Sequence record: NC_071039.1
Reading direction: 5' to 3' (one strand)
DNA length: 64,000 bases
Shown here piece after piece: positions 26,373 through 35,417 of this stretch (within the stretch, counting starts at the first letter, position 1; every line of letters begins with the position of its first letter). The position numbers were made by a program, and so were the translations under genes. The notes under the pieces are model-generated. The model was not told the origin of the DNA, did not search any database, and was given only the letters and a program-made list of their open reading frames with translations.

Positions 26373-26600
26373 ATGGGCGGTCTTGCTAATATAGTTGCAT
26401 GCATAGCTTCTATTGTTGCAATTGTTACTGGAAATATCTGGTATTTTATCGCACTATTGCTATGCACAGCATTTATGTCGCCCGAACGAAAAGGATCATT
26501 AATTGATGTATTTTCGGTCATTGTCGGGATTGGTGCTATATTTAACGGAGACATTGCATGGGGCATAGTGTTCATAGCATTAGTGATAATAGTTAAATAA
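26373..26600 (+). CDS. Multi-TM membrane protein, 75 aa
   Basis: GGGGGA RBS; hydrophobic. Confidence 0.75.
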   Translation: MGGLANIVACIASIVAIVTGNIWYFIALLLCTAFMSPERKGSLIDVFSVIVGIGAIFNGDIAWGIVFIALVIIVK

Positions 26601-26629
26601 AAAGGAAGGGGGTTAAACCCCTTCCTTTT
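26600..26629 (+). terminator. Intrinsic terminator (family)
   Basis: aaaaggaagggg-ttaaa-ccccttcctttt. Confidence 0.85.
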
Positions 26630-26643
26630 ATTGCAGGTGTTAA

Positions 26644-26793
26644 ATGTCATCAATTTTTTATCTTAGCAAATGGACAGAATACATAGTAATTTTAAACAAT
26701 AAGAGAATAAGGTTAAGTACAGCGAAATATTCTATAGGATATGTATCACTAGAAACACCTCGTCGCACATTTTACTGGACACTTTTTGGATGA
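26644..26793 (+). CDS. Satellite microprotein-family member, 49 aa (not in ORF track)
   Basis: MSSIFYLSKWTEYI... Confidence 0.55.
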   Translation: MSSIFYLSKWTEYIVILNNKRIRLSTAKYSIGYVSLETPRRTFYWTLFG

Positions 26794-27035
26794 AATACAA
26801 TAATCATATCTAATTAGCTACCTACATTTATATCAAAAACCATTCTATGAAATATATTTCCTAAATCATATTACAAAAGTTATATTTGAATTTTGGATTC
26901 TTATCTCAACCTTGCATTGCAATATAAAATGCGAATATGAGTGTGCTGTATGTGTTTGCATACGCATGTACATACGCATAAACGTATTAAGAAATACAAT
27001 TTATTTTATCCTATACGATTATCTTTAATACCTAT

Positions 27036-27380
27036 ATGTTGTTTGATAATAAAAGTATAATAAGTAAAAGACATTATCCATTGTATAATGGTTTTAATAT
27101 ATTTCGCTGTAGTGTCGGATGTATATATTTTTCATATGATAAAATGTCATTTATTCACGACATATTCATGCAAACCATTTCGTTGTTCCTTACGACGTTA
27201 TTATTGTTTTTACTTATAACTCCTTTATATTATATAGGATTGAAAAATCCAGTCAATATAACTACATTTGTTTCGTGTTTAATAATAACCATTCTTATAA
27301 CAAGTTATTATTTTATGTCAGTTTTGACTTATATATTCTGTATTACTGTTCAGTCAATAATTTATAAAAGAAAGAAATAA
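27036..27380 (+). CDS. Hydrophobic hypothetical protein, 114 aa
   Basis: ORF; may be two fused microgene modules. Confidence 0.45.
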   Translation: MLFDNKSIISKRHYPLYNGFNIFRCSVGCIYFSYDKMSFIHDIFMQTISLFLTTLLLFLLITPLYYIGLKNPVNITTFVSCLIITILITSYYFMSVLTYIFCITVQSIIYKRKK

Positions 27381-27385
27381 TTTAG

Positions 27386-27457
27386 TTTCAATATCTTTTT
27401 CTTTTTCAATATCTTTTTCTTTTTCAATATCTTTTTCTTTTTCAATATCTTTTTCTT
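27386..27457. repeat. 18-bp tandem repeat x4
   Basis: (tttcaatatctttttctt)4. Confidence 0.9.
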
Positions 27458-27936
27458 TATCTTTTATCATTGCAAATACAAATAATAATTATTCTTATTT
27501 GCATTTAGTGATGTAAATAATTCTTATTTGTAATTGCTATTAATTCTTATTTGCTACAATAGATAGAATAAGAATAATTCACATTTGCAATGCCGCTAAA
27601 AGCGCTGTAAGCGCTGTATGTTGCGTAGTAGTGCTAAGCAATGTATTAGTACAGCTACGCGCACAAACGCTGTTATACGCGCTTGTAGCGCGTTTTAGGG
27701 CCCATGCGCATGCGTATACCTGCAGCTTTACATAGTAAAATGCAGAAAAGACGTCGTCTATTAACGTGTCTGTCTTAATAGAAATATACAATTGTACAAT
27801 ACCTGCAAAATTCTACACACTACAGACATGCAAACAAGCAACGTGCTTGCAAGCATAAAAGTTTTTAAAAAGTAGTAGACACAGTGTAGCATCCCTAGTA
27901 AGCTACACACATAAACAACACAACGGAGTACAAGCT

Positions 27937-28407
27937 ATGTCTAATGTAAGCATCCCTGCAGTAACGGTAGAGAACATCGGCACCCTGCGCATCGTGCGCA
28001 CCGCTAACAAGGAGGTCGGAAGTGTGCTCGACCTAAAAGTTAACGGGGTAGTAGTAGGGCAAGCTTTCCCGCTCTACAGCACAAAAACCCAGCGTAGCTG
28101 GAACGCGAGCATGCACGCTACCGTTAACGGCGTAGAGGTGCAGTTTGCACAGGAAGGCGTGTTCAGTGCAATCCGCATTGCACGGGCGTTCGAGGATGCA
28201 GTAAAGCATGCCGTTAGCAACGGCGAACAAGGGCAACCCCTCCCCGCGCCGGCGGCGGCAGAAGCGCAAGCAGAAGCGCAAGCAGAAGCGCAAGCAGAAG
28301 CCCCGGTAGCGCAGACCGAGGATGCGCCGGAGACCCCGGCAGCCGAAGCTAAGCCCGCCCGCAAAGGCGGCAGCAAAGGCGGCAGCAAAGGCGGCAGCAA
28401 AAAGTAA
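27937..28407 (+). CDS. GC-rich paralog family member 2 (VFSAIRI domain plus AEAQ x3 / GGSK x3 tail), 156 aa
   Basis: GGAG RBS; domain shared with 9167 and 33964; terminator follows. Confidence 0.9.
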   Translation: MSNVSIPAVTVENIGTLRIVRTANKEVGSVLDLKVNGVVVGQAFPLYSTKTQRSWNASMHATVNGVEVQFAQEGVFSAIRIARAFEDAVKHAVSNGEQGQPLPAPAAAEAQAEAQAEAQAEAPVAQTEDAPETPAAEAKPARKGGSKGGSKGGSKK

Positions 28408-28420
28408 GCGCTGCTAACAC

Positions 28421-28449
28421 AGGAAAGGGGCAACTGCCCCTTTCCTTTT
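28421..28449 (+). terminator. Intrinsic terminator (family)
   Basis: aggaaaggggc-aact-gcccctttcctttt. Confidence 0.85.
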
Positions 28450-28575
28450 ATGTCCTAGTTGTAAACGCAAATTAATCTTATTTGCATTTGCACAAGTCAA
28501 TCTCCGGTTGCATTACTGCGGTAAGATGTTAGTATGTGTTTAGCAGTAACACATAACTAGCAGGAGCAATAGACA

Positions 28576-28824
28576 ATGGCTAAAGTATTGCATGTTGACA
28601 GCATCGGCAACATCGCCGAAATGTTTACATCTGTAGACCTCGATAGCGCCTTGTTGCACGCAATCAAGCGCTGTGCAATGATGGGCAAGGTTAATGTTGT
28701 TGGTCCCAACGCTCCTGTGTTTGCTATCCACTACGACGCACTGACAGCGTACGACGTGCAGTGGCGCCTCGTTCCTCCGGGCTGCGGCGTTACCGTGTAC
28801 GTCATTGCCGAAGACAGCAATTAA
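28576..28824 (+). CDS. Hypothetical protein, 82 aa
   Basis: AGGAG RBS. Confidence 0.8.
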   Translation: MAKVLHVDSIGNIAEMFTSVDLDSALLHAIKRCAMMGKVNVVGPNAPVFAIHYDALTAYDVQWRLVPPGCGVTVYVIAEDSN

Positions 28825-28835
28825 GGAGAGACACC

Positions 28836-29138
28836 ATGAATCTCGTTCATTTGTGGATCAACGGGCGTGTTGTGACTGCCCGCAAGGTTGTCAGTAAACA
28901 CACTGTCCGCAATCCGAACAGTCCGATCGATATCGAGACTATCGACGTTGTTCGACTGCGTCTGCCCCGTGGTGTTCGTGCTAGCAGTTGGGCACTCCGT
29001 AAGGCAGTGTACCAGCTCATGGAGCAAAGCTGTAGCTGCTCGAGAGACTGTTGTGGACACTGGTTCGGCGGCGCACGCAAGATCTACATTAACGGCAGAG
29101 ACATCAGTGTCGTTGCCGGGTACCAGCGCAATTACTAA
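28836..29138 (+). CDS. Hypothetical protein with Cys motif (CSCSRDCCGHW), 100 aa
   Basis: AAGGAG RBS before ATG 28836. Confidence 0.8.
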   Translation: MNLVHLWINGRVVTARKVVSKHTVRNPNSPIDIETIDVVRLRLPRGVRASSWALRKAVYQLMEQSCSCSRDCCGHWFGGARKIYINGRDISVVAGYQRNY

Positions 29139-29168
29139 AGGAAAGGGGGCAACTGCCCCTTTCTTTTT
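29137..29168 (+). terminator. Intrinsic terminator (family)
   Basis: aaggaaagggggc-aact-gccccttttctttt. Confidence 0.8.
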
Positions 29169-29357
29169 ATCCATTAATGTGCAAACGCGAATTATTCTTA
29201 TTTGCACAGGGCAGTGAGATGCGAATGCAAACAAGAGGCATTCTTGATACGGTCGGGTGATAATAATTGTTCACAAAAAGAAAAAGCTTGCGTTATGCTA
29301 CACAGGTGCTAGTATGTGTATTGCAGTACCTATAAACATTAATAGCAGGATAAGAAA

Positions 29358-29677
29358 ATGGTTGACTTTAAAGGTTTTAACTGGGACGCACTAGCCCGGA
29401 GGACAACGTTTCCATAGTTTCCATTAAAAATCACTACGAGGAACTCCTACAAAGTTTTGTTGACAACGGCATAGACTATGTGTTAGTCCAGCTGTCCCAG
29501 GAACTGCCGCACTACGAGGATTCAGATTATCCCTGCTACAAATTGGTTGACAAGTATGCAGGATGGATAGTAGGCTGGGACTACTACGGATTTGTTGTGG
29601 AACGCATGGACACGCACCTTTTCTTTGACAACAGCACTGCAAAGGGTGTAATGGACTTCCTGGAAGCCAACGGCTAG
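29358..29677 (+). pseudogene. Probable frameshifted gene of about 106 aa
   Basis: ATG 29358 with AGGA RBS reads MVDFKGFNWDAL, then the -1 frame continues SPEDNVSIVSIKNHYEELLQ... into the ORF-track 29480-29677 frame. Confidence 0.55.
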
Positions 29678-29680
29678 CAC

Positions 29681-29711
29681 AAAAAAGGAAGGGGCGCAAG
29701 CCCTTTTCTTT
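29681..29711 (+). terminator. Intrinsic terminator (family)
   Basis: aaaaaaggaaggggc-gcaa-gcccttttcttt. Confidence 0.75.
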
Positions 29712-30120
29712 TGTCTGCAATTTCTGTGCAAATAAGAACTATTACAGTTGTGGTAAAAGCACAATGCAAATAAGACGCATTCTTGATTAGGCCTGATAAT
29801 AAGTTCTTATTAACAACAAAGAAACTGAATAAGAATAATTCTGAAAAAAATAACCCTGCAGCGTAACACAAAGAGCTTGCAATTTGTAAGCCCTTTTTAA
29901 TATGCATTTGTTAAGATTAGTTCTTATTTGCAATGATAATATCCCCGCCTTACGAATAAGAATTAATCTTAGAACAAATATTCACTTGATTTTTCTCCCA
30001 ATATAGTGTATGTCTATATTAGATAAGATTAAGTCTTGTTTGCTTGTTACATTTTATATGTTGCAATGCTAAGGCAATGATACTATTATATGTACAGTAA
30101 TATAACCCAGGGGATATAAC

Positions 30121-30426
30121 ATGTCAGCAGAATTGAAGCGGTTGTTAGAGATTTTTCCAACCTTTAAATCATTCATTTATGCTAAAGGGGCATATGGCAT
30201 TGATGTTTGGAAGGCTACGGGTAGTGTTACTTTGGAACAGGTATCCAATGCTGTTAATGCAGGTAATGCTGAATGGCAATGTAAGGGTGATCCAACTTGC
30301 AGCCTGGAACAAAACAGCATGTATATTTTCATTACTATTCAGGAACCAGACTACACAGGAATGGTTGATATTGATGTTTGTGTAAAGATTACTAACGGTA
30401 ATGAAGTAAGTTATCAAATAGCATAA
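30121..30426 (+). CDS. Hypothetical protein, 101 aa
   Basis: AGGGGA RBS; terminator follows. Confidence 0.8.
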   Translation: MSAELKRLLEIFPTFKSFIYAKGAYGIDVWKATGSVTLEQVSNAVNAGNAEWQCKGDPTCSLEQNSMYIFITIQEPDYTGMVDIDVCVKITNGNEVSYQIA

Positions 30427-30459
30427 TAAAGGAAAGGGGATTAATTCCCCTTTCCTTTT
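30427..30459 (+). terminator. Intrinsic terminator (family)
   Basis: aaaggaaagggga-ttaat-tcccctttcctttt. Confidence 0.85.
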
Positions 30460-30644
30460 ATGTATAATATACTTATAAATAAGAATTAATTTTATTTAAT
30501 TAAAATTAGAATAATTCTTATTTGCACGATCCCGCACTTATAACACAAGTATATTACAAAAGCAAGAATAAAATTAACTTGACACCTATATGTAGAATAT
30601 AGCACAATGTGTTTATAAATTATATTACTACAGGAGTGTTAACC

Positions 30645-31016
30645 ATGTTCAAATGCAAATTGTTTGTAATAGATCCTGTTTATAACAACCTTTGCTACAC
30701 TCAGCAAATATGGCTTGAAAGTGACATAAATGTGTGTAGTCAAATAAAGCGTATTATTTCTAACGCAGAATTGGCATGCGCAAATAGGATAGTAAATAAT
30801 CCTCATAGTCCACTATGCGTTAAATCGGCAGCATTAAAAATGGTTATGGACGGGCGCATTGACATCGAACTCAAAGATGTCAATAGTTACGTTGATCAAT
30901 ATAAAGACATTCTCCCTAGCACAAATATTTTGGGTGTTTTTAAACCGACGTTTTTATCTAACTGGAAAGAAGAGTGTGAACTTTATTTCCTCACTTGTGT
31001 TGAAAAAGACAATTAA
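30645..31016 (+). CDS. Hypothetical protein, 123 aa
   Basis: AGGAG RBS before ATG 30645. Confidence 0.8.
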   Translation: MFKCKLFVIDPVYNNLCYTQQIWLESDINVCSQIKRIISNAELACANRIVNNPHSPLCVKSAALKMVMDGRIDIELKDVNSYVDQYKDILPSTNILGVFKPTFLSNWKEECELYFLTCVEKDN

Positions 31017-31027
31017 TATAATATAAT

Positions 31028-31315
31028 ATGGAAGATGATTTAAAAAATATTGTTTCGAAGACTATCTTATCTAATAAAATTAAGATAGTCTCTTTACGTA
31101 CTGTAGTAAAAACTCAGTATAAAAGAGTAGACTTCCATTATAAGATAGAATGTGAAAATAGTTCTACAAAACGTAATTTGGTATTTGCCCGTATATGCAA
31201 ACCATTAGAACACACATTAGGTTCAAAACTTGTTTATGTAGATATTGTGCCTATCAAGTTTAAGAAAGATGAAATGCCATCTACTATTCTATCGGTAAGT
31301 GTAATGACCAATTGA
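31028..31315 (+). CDS. Hypothetical protein, 95 aa
   Basis: ORF. Confidence 0.7.
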   Translation: MEDDLKNIVSKTILSNKIKIVSLRTVVKTQYKRVDFHYKIECENSSTKRNLVFARICKPLEHTLGSKLVYVDIVPIKFKKDEMPSTILSVSVMTN

Positions 31316-31466
31316 TATTTGGATTTGATTTTTGGAAATATAATAGTAATTCTTATTTGCAATTATAATAAATTCTTGTTTACTTTTAAAATAAAAGCAA
31401 ATTCTAGTTGCATAGCTAGCGGCACTGTGCTAGTATATTAAAAAATAAAGACAGGAGTGTTATTAC

Positions 31467-31649
31467 ATGCAAACCAAAGCAACCGAGTTGGCAGTAGGCG
31501 ATGTTGTTTTCTACAATGGCATGAAAATGACTATCCAGAAAATTTCTAAAGGTCGGTGTGCAATAGATATTACACTAGTAAATACTTTGGCTAAACTCAC
31601 ATCTTATGTGACAGTCGACTATGACGAAGAATTTGAAGAAGTATTATAA
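31467..31649 (+). CDS. Small SH3/KOW-like beta protein, 60 aa
   Basis: AGGAG RBS; KATELAVGDVV pattern. Confidence 0.75.
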   Translation: MQTKATELAVGDVVFYNGMKMTIQKISKGRCAIDITLVNTLAKLTSYVTVDYDEEFEEVL

Positions 31650-31666
31650 TGCAGAAATTATAGTCA

Positions 31667-31695
31667 TAAGAAAAGGGGCAATGCCCCTTTTCTTA
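31667..31695. terminator. Bidirectional terminator between convergent genes (family)
   Basis: taagaaaaggggca-a-tgccccttttctta. Confidence 0.8.
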
Positions 31696-31932
31696 TAGTC
31701 CCAACAAATGCTTGCCACTTTTGACTTGCATCATACGTACTTTCTTTTTGCGCATTTGCGTTCTTACGTTCAGGCTGTTGGGACCTTTGAAGCTATACAG
31801 TATTTCAGTAGTCCCGTCTTCATAGTTGCGTACCACATTTGCAACAATTTGACTACCTTCCTGGAACGCTTCGATAAACACGCAGTAATTGAAATTTTCC
31901 TTGTTAGCGTTATGTGCGCGTAGTTGCATCAT
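31693..31932 (-). CDS. Hypothetical protein, 79 aa; the only clear minus-strand gene of the accessory region
   Basis: AGGAG RBS on minus strand; ends in the shared terminator. Confidence 0.8.
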   Translation of the reverse strand: MMQLRAHNANKENFNYCVFIEAFQEGSQIVANVVRNYEDGTTEILYSFKGPNSLNVRTQMRKKKVRMMQVKSGKHLLGL

Positions 31933-32285
31933 TTTCTGTTACTCCTGCGTTGTTTTGCTTTGTTATGTGTAGTATACGCTATGTGTGTGCTAATGCAAGA
32001 ATTTTCTTCCATTTTCTTTCAAATAAAATGTTATTAGCATCTATTTTGTTATAACATTTTCTACTACTTCATGTTTTGCAAATAAGAACTATTCGCATTT
32101 GCATTCCTACCTATCTGCCTAAAATTTAGGCAGCCTGGGTGATTGTCTCCCCCGCCCTATTACTGGTCTCTGTATAAAGATAATAGCATATTTGTATCTG
32201 CATGCAAGCATTTTTTGTAGAATTTTCCTCTTGACATTCCTTGCTATAGGCTACATTATGCACACACAGAGCAGGAGATACCATC

Positions 32286-32666
32286 ATGGCACTCATAGCA
32301 TTAGTAGCAACTGCATATGACAAAGAAGGCGATAAGTTCGACTATGTTCGATATCTTAAAGCTCATATCAATTTTGTGTCTGCTCAAGATCAACTGAAAG
32401 AATGGATCAAAAACAAAATTGATGCAAGTATAGCAGAAGTTAAAATCGGATTACGTGCAGAAATCGAAGTATTGGCCTATTTGGGAAACTATATAAGCCA
32501 TAGTCAACGGATTATTAGTCCCGCCGGGATCATCATGTACATTGTTCTTGATGAGAAGTATGTTAATGAACTTCACGGTCAAATTTCTAATGCAATTGAT
32601 TGTGAAGAAAAGAAACATGTAATAAAGAAAGAAGAAAACGTCACTTATATTGATTTTAAAAAATAA
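32286..32666 (+). CDS. Hypothetical protein, 126 aa
   Basis: AGGAG RBS; TTGACA-17-CATTAT upstream. Confidence 0.8.
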   Translation: MALIALVATAYDKEGDKFDYVRYLKAHINFVSAQDQLKEWIKNKIDASIAEVKIGLRAEIEVLAYLGNYISHSQRIISPAGIIMYIVLDEKYVNELHGQISNAIDCEEKKHVIKKEENVTYIDFKK

Positions 32667-32667
32667 C

Positions 32668-32696
32668 TTGCATTAGCTGTAATGTATATGTATTAT
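32668..32696 (+). promoter_or_regulatory. sigma70-type promoter
   Basis: TTGCAT-17-TATTAT. Confidence 0.6.
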
Positions 32697-32702
32697 GTAC
32701 TC

Positions 32703-32859
32703 AAGTTTGCAGCAAGACGTATTAATTTGTTTTGCTGTTAGTTGTAACTCCTGCTACCAAGTATGTGTTGAGCTAATGCTCCTGACTTGGTTCTTGGTAC
32801 ACTGGTTTGGGTGTACCGTTCTTGAGCTGCAAAGGGCTTGCCCGGAGCAGCTTTTTTTT
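32703..32859 (+). ncRNA. Candidate sRNA / attenuator of about 155 nt (RNA-D)
   Basis: Hairpins 32710-37, 32757-90, 32796-817; terminator agctgc...gcagct plus T8. Confidence 0.55.
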
Positions 32860-32940
32860 GACTAATAATATTCATTTGACAAAAAATAATAATTAAAAAT
32901 ATAATAGCTTAGTGTATAACTTTCCCATATTAGGCTAATT

Positions 32941-33312
32941 ATGAAATTTGTTATTGCTGCTATTGCAATGTCTTTGTCCACACTAGTTTCTGCAGAATCT
33001 ATTTCTGAAGTTAAGATAACTAAAGAAACATGCCTTACACTTCTAGAATTATCTAAGATTCATGTTGATATGGTAGTAAATGAACATATGAATGCAATAC
33101 AAATTGCATCTCATATGGATATTGTATCTAATTTATATAAGAACAATAATAGTAAATGGCTTGCATTCTTGCAGGCTCAAGCAAATATTTCAAAATTAAT
33201 TGATGACGTATATGAGTTTTCATCTACCGAAGAAAGAAAGATTATTCCTTTAGCCATATTTAACGGTTGTATGGGAAGAGTTGGTAATACTTTTGAAATA
33301 TATAAGAAATAA
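32941..33312 (+). CDS. Putative secreted protein, 123 aa
   Basis: Signal-peptide-like MKFVIAAIAMSLSTLVSA; own TTGACA-18-TATAAT promoter. Confidence 0.8.
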   Translation: MKFVIAAIAMSLSTLVSAESISEVKITKETCLTLLELSKIHVDMVVNEHMNAIQIASHMDIVSNLYKNNNSKWLAFLQAQANISKLIDDVYEFSSTEERKIIPLAIFNGCMGRVGNTFEIYKK

Positions 33313-33313
33313 T

Positions 33314-33631
33314 ATGTATGTATATGTAGTCCACGGAATAGTCAATACAGGCGTTGAGACTAATATTTGTGATATAGAACGTTATGTTACAGTTAACGAC
33401 TTCTACGCTATAGAAAAGTTTCTTACTTTTAAAGAACATATAGCAGCAAACCCAAACTTATATATACGATTAATTACTACTGGATTTAATACTAAAAAGA
33501 ACATATTAGAATTAGAATTAAATTTATCGAAAAAAGAATATGTAGTATCAGGTTTTAGAGTTACATCAACTAATATAAATGAATGTATTGAATATTACCT
33601 GTGTAGAAGGATATTTAAGTTACATGATTGA
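33314..33631 (+). CDS. Hypothetical protein, 105 aa
   Basis: ORF coupled to upstream gene. Confidence 0.7.
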   Translation: MYVYVVHGIVNTGVETNICDIERYVTVNDFYAIEKFLTFKEHIAANPNLYIRLITTGFNTKKNILELELNLSKKEYVVSGFRVTSTNINECIEYYLCRRIFKLHD

Positions 33632-33963
33632 ATTTATATTAAAATCCCTTTTATTAACTTCAGTTGTCAGTGTTGGCATACTACTGATATTCATTATTAT
33701 TTCATTGTTAATGTTTGGCTTAGCACCGATAGTTCCATTCCTTATTTAATTTTAATTATTTGCAAGCAAATGCAAATACGAATAATTCTTATTATCCAGC
33801 AGGCCACTGTACCTAATCTTCGTTAGATAAAATCTATTAGAATCTACAAAGTCCATTAAAACGTTCAATTGTACATGGTGGCCAGATCTGCATATACTAC
33901 ACACATGAAGCAAGCAAACAGCGCTTCATAAACAAACCCAAATACAGCTAGGAGTTCCAAATC

Positions 33964-34425
33964 ATGACCAAAGCAACCGTTACCGTCGAGCAATCCGCAA
34001 TCAAACTGGTTCGCCGCAACCTGGAAGGGCACCGGCAAGCCCTGTTGCTGAACGGCGTCGAAGTAGGCAGCAGCGAAGCGTTCTACAAGACCAAAACCCA
34101 GCGCACCTGGTCGGCGAAGATCGACGCCAACATCAACGGCAAGGACATCGTCCTCGAACAGAAAGGCGTGTTCAGCGCGATCCGGATCGCCCGGGCGATG
34201 GAACAAGCAATCCTGTTCATCCTGACCGACGGCAAAGAAGGCGCCGAGATGCCGGCCAGCACGCTGAGCAAGGAAGAGCAAGCCCACAACCTGGTCAAGG
34301 CAGTAGTCCAGGTCGCCGACCATGCAGTTCAGTCCGGCGGCGCCGGCAACGGCGAAACCGAGGCAGCAGCCCCGGCGAAGAAAGGCAGCTCGAAGAAGCG
34401 CAAAGAAGCCCAGCCGGAAGCATAA
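33964..34425 (+). CDS. GC-rich paralog family member 3 (VFSAIRI domain plus Lys/Ala tail), 153 aa
   Basis: AGGAG RBS; domain shared with 9167 and 27937. Confidence 0.9.
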   Translation: MTKATVTVEQSAIKLVRRNLEGHRQALLLNGVEVGSSEAFYKTKTQRTWSAKIDANINGKDIVLEQKGVFSAIRIARAMEQAILFILTDGKEGAEMPASTLSKEEQAHNLVKAVVQVADHAVQSGGAGNGETEAAAPAKKGSSKKRKEAQPEA

Positions 34426-34438
34426 TCCGGACTACACC

Positions 34439-34464
34439 GAGAAAGCACCGAAAGGTGCTTTCTC
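34439..34464 (+). terminator. Intrinsic terminator
   Basis: gagaaagcacc-gaaa-ggtgctttctc. Confidence 0.8.
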
Positions 34465-34581
34465 TATGACTGTTAATAGCAAATATTCTTATTTGCATCT
34501 ATTCTGACAGAATAATAACTCTTATTTACAAATCATACTGAATACTGTATTTTACACATTAAACATTGTAGGTAATATAAA

Positions 34582-35070
34582 TTGAATATATTTGTGACTG
34601 ACACAAATCCTTATGTATGTGCCAAACATCATTGTGATATTCATCTAAGAAAGATGATAGTAGAAACAGCACAATTGTTAAGCACCACTCATTATATAAT
34701 AAACGGATATACTCCTGCATATAAACCTACTCATAAAAATCATCCATGTGCTGTTTGGATTAGAGAAAGTTCATATAACTATAAATGGACTTATGAACTT
34801 CTTACAAGTCTTATAAATGAATTCGAATATAGATTTGACAAACAACATGCAACTAAAATGCACCTTTCGTCATTAAAAACTATACCAAAACTCCCTGATA
34901 TAGAAAGAACAGAGTTTGTCTTAGTTATGCCAGACGAATTTAAAACAGATAATGTAACACATTCATATCAGATATATTTGAATAACAAATTTAAAGAATG
35001 GGCATCGAGATCTAACAGACCCATATATGCTACATATACAAAGACACCTAAACCATATTTTATTAGTTGA
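34582..35070 (+). CDS. Pyrimidine-dimer DNA glycosylase / endonuclease V (DenV)-like protein
   Basis: MNIF.TD.NP..CA..HCD.H..KMIVETAQLLST and YKPTHKNHPC.VW.RES..NY.W signature. Confidence 0.8.
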   Translation: MNIFVTDTNPYVCAKHHCDIHLRKMIVETAQLLSTTHYIINGYTPAYKPTHKNHPCAVWIRESSYNYKWTYELLTSLINEFEYRFDKQHATKMHLSSLKTIPKLPDIERTEFVLVMPDEFKTDNVTHSYQIYLNNKFKEWASRSNRPIYATYTKTPKPYFIS

Positions 35071-35142
35071 AAGATAATAAAAGTGGTTGACATGTACATA
35101 AGATCATATTATGCTGTATAAAACAGCAAGGAGTAGATACGC

Positions 35143-35376
35143 ATGTACCGCAAACTGAATACAAATCCACGTCCAATGCCAAAAACAAAGGCAATTCCAA
35201 CTAAATTTGTCATTCAGTACACTGCACGGAATAAAGCAACAGAAAGTTTGTTCAAAAAAAGAACTATTACATTACATGCGTTTGGGCGTCTCGATGCACA
35301 AACACTCTTATCAAAACATATCCGAAAAAATAATTTGGAATTAGGTGTAATTATTGATTTCGGTGAAACAGTTTAG
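35143..35376 (+). CDS. Basic hypothetical protein, 77 aa
   Basis: AAGGAG RBS; terminator follows. Confidence 0.8.
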   Translation: MYRKLNTNPRPMPKTKAIPTKFVIQYTARNKATESLFKKRTITLHAFGRLDAQTLLSKHIRKNNLELGVIIDFGETV

Positions 35377-35385
35377 TTAGTGACT

Positions 35386-35417
35386 AAAGAAAGGGGAATT
35401 AATCCCCTTTCTTTTTA
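35386..35417 (+). terminator. Intrinsic terminator (family)
   Basis: aaagaaagggga-attaa-tcccctttctttt. Confidence 0.85.
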
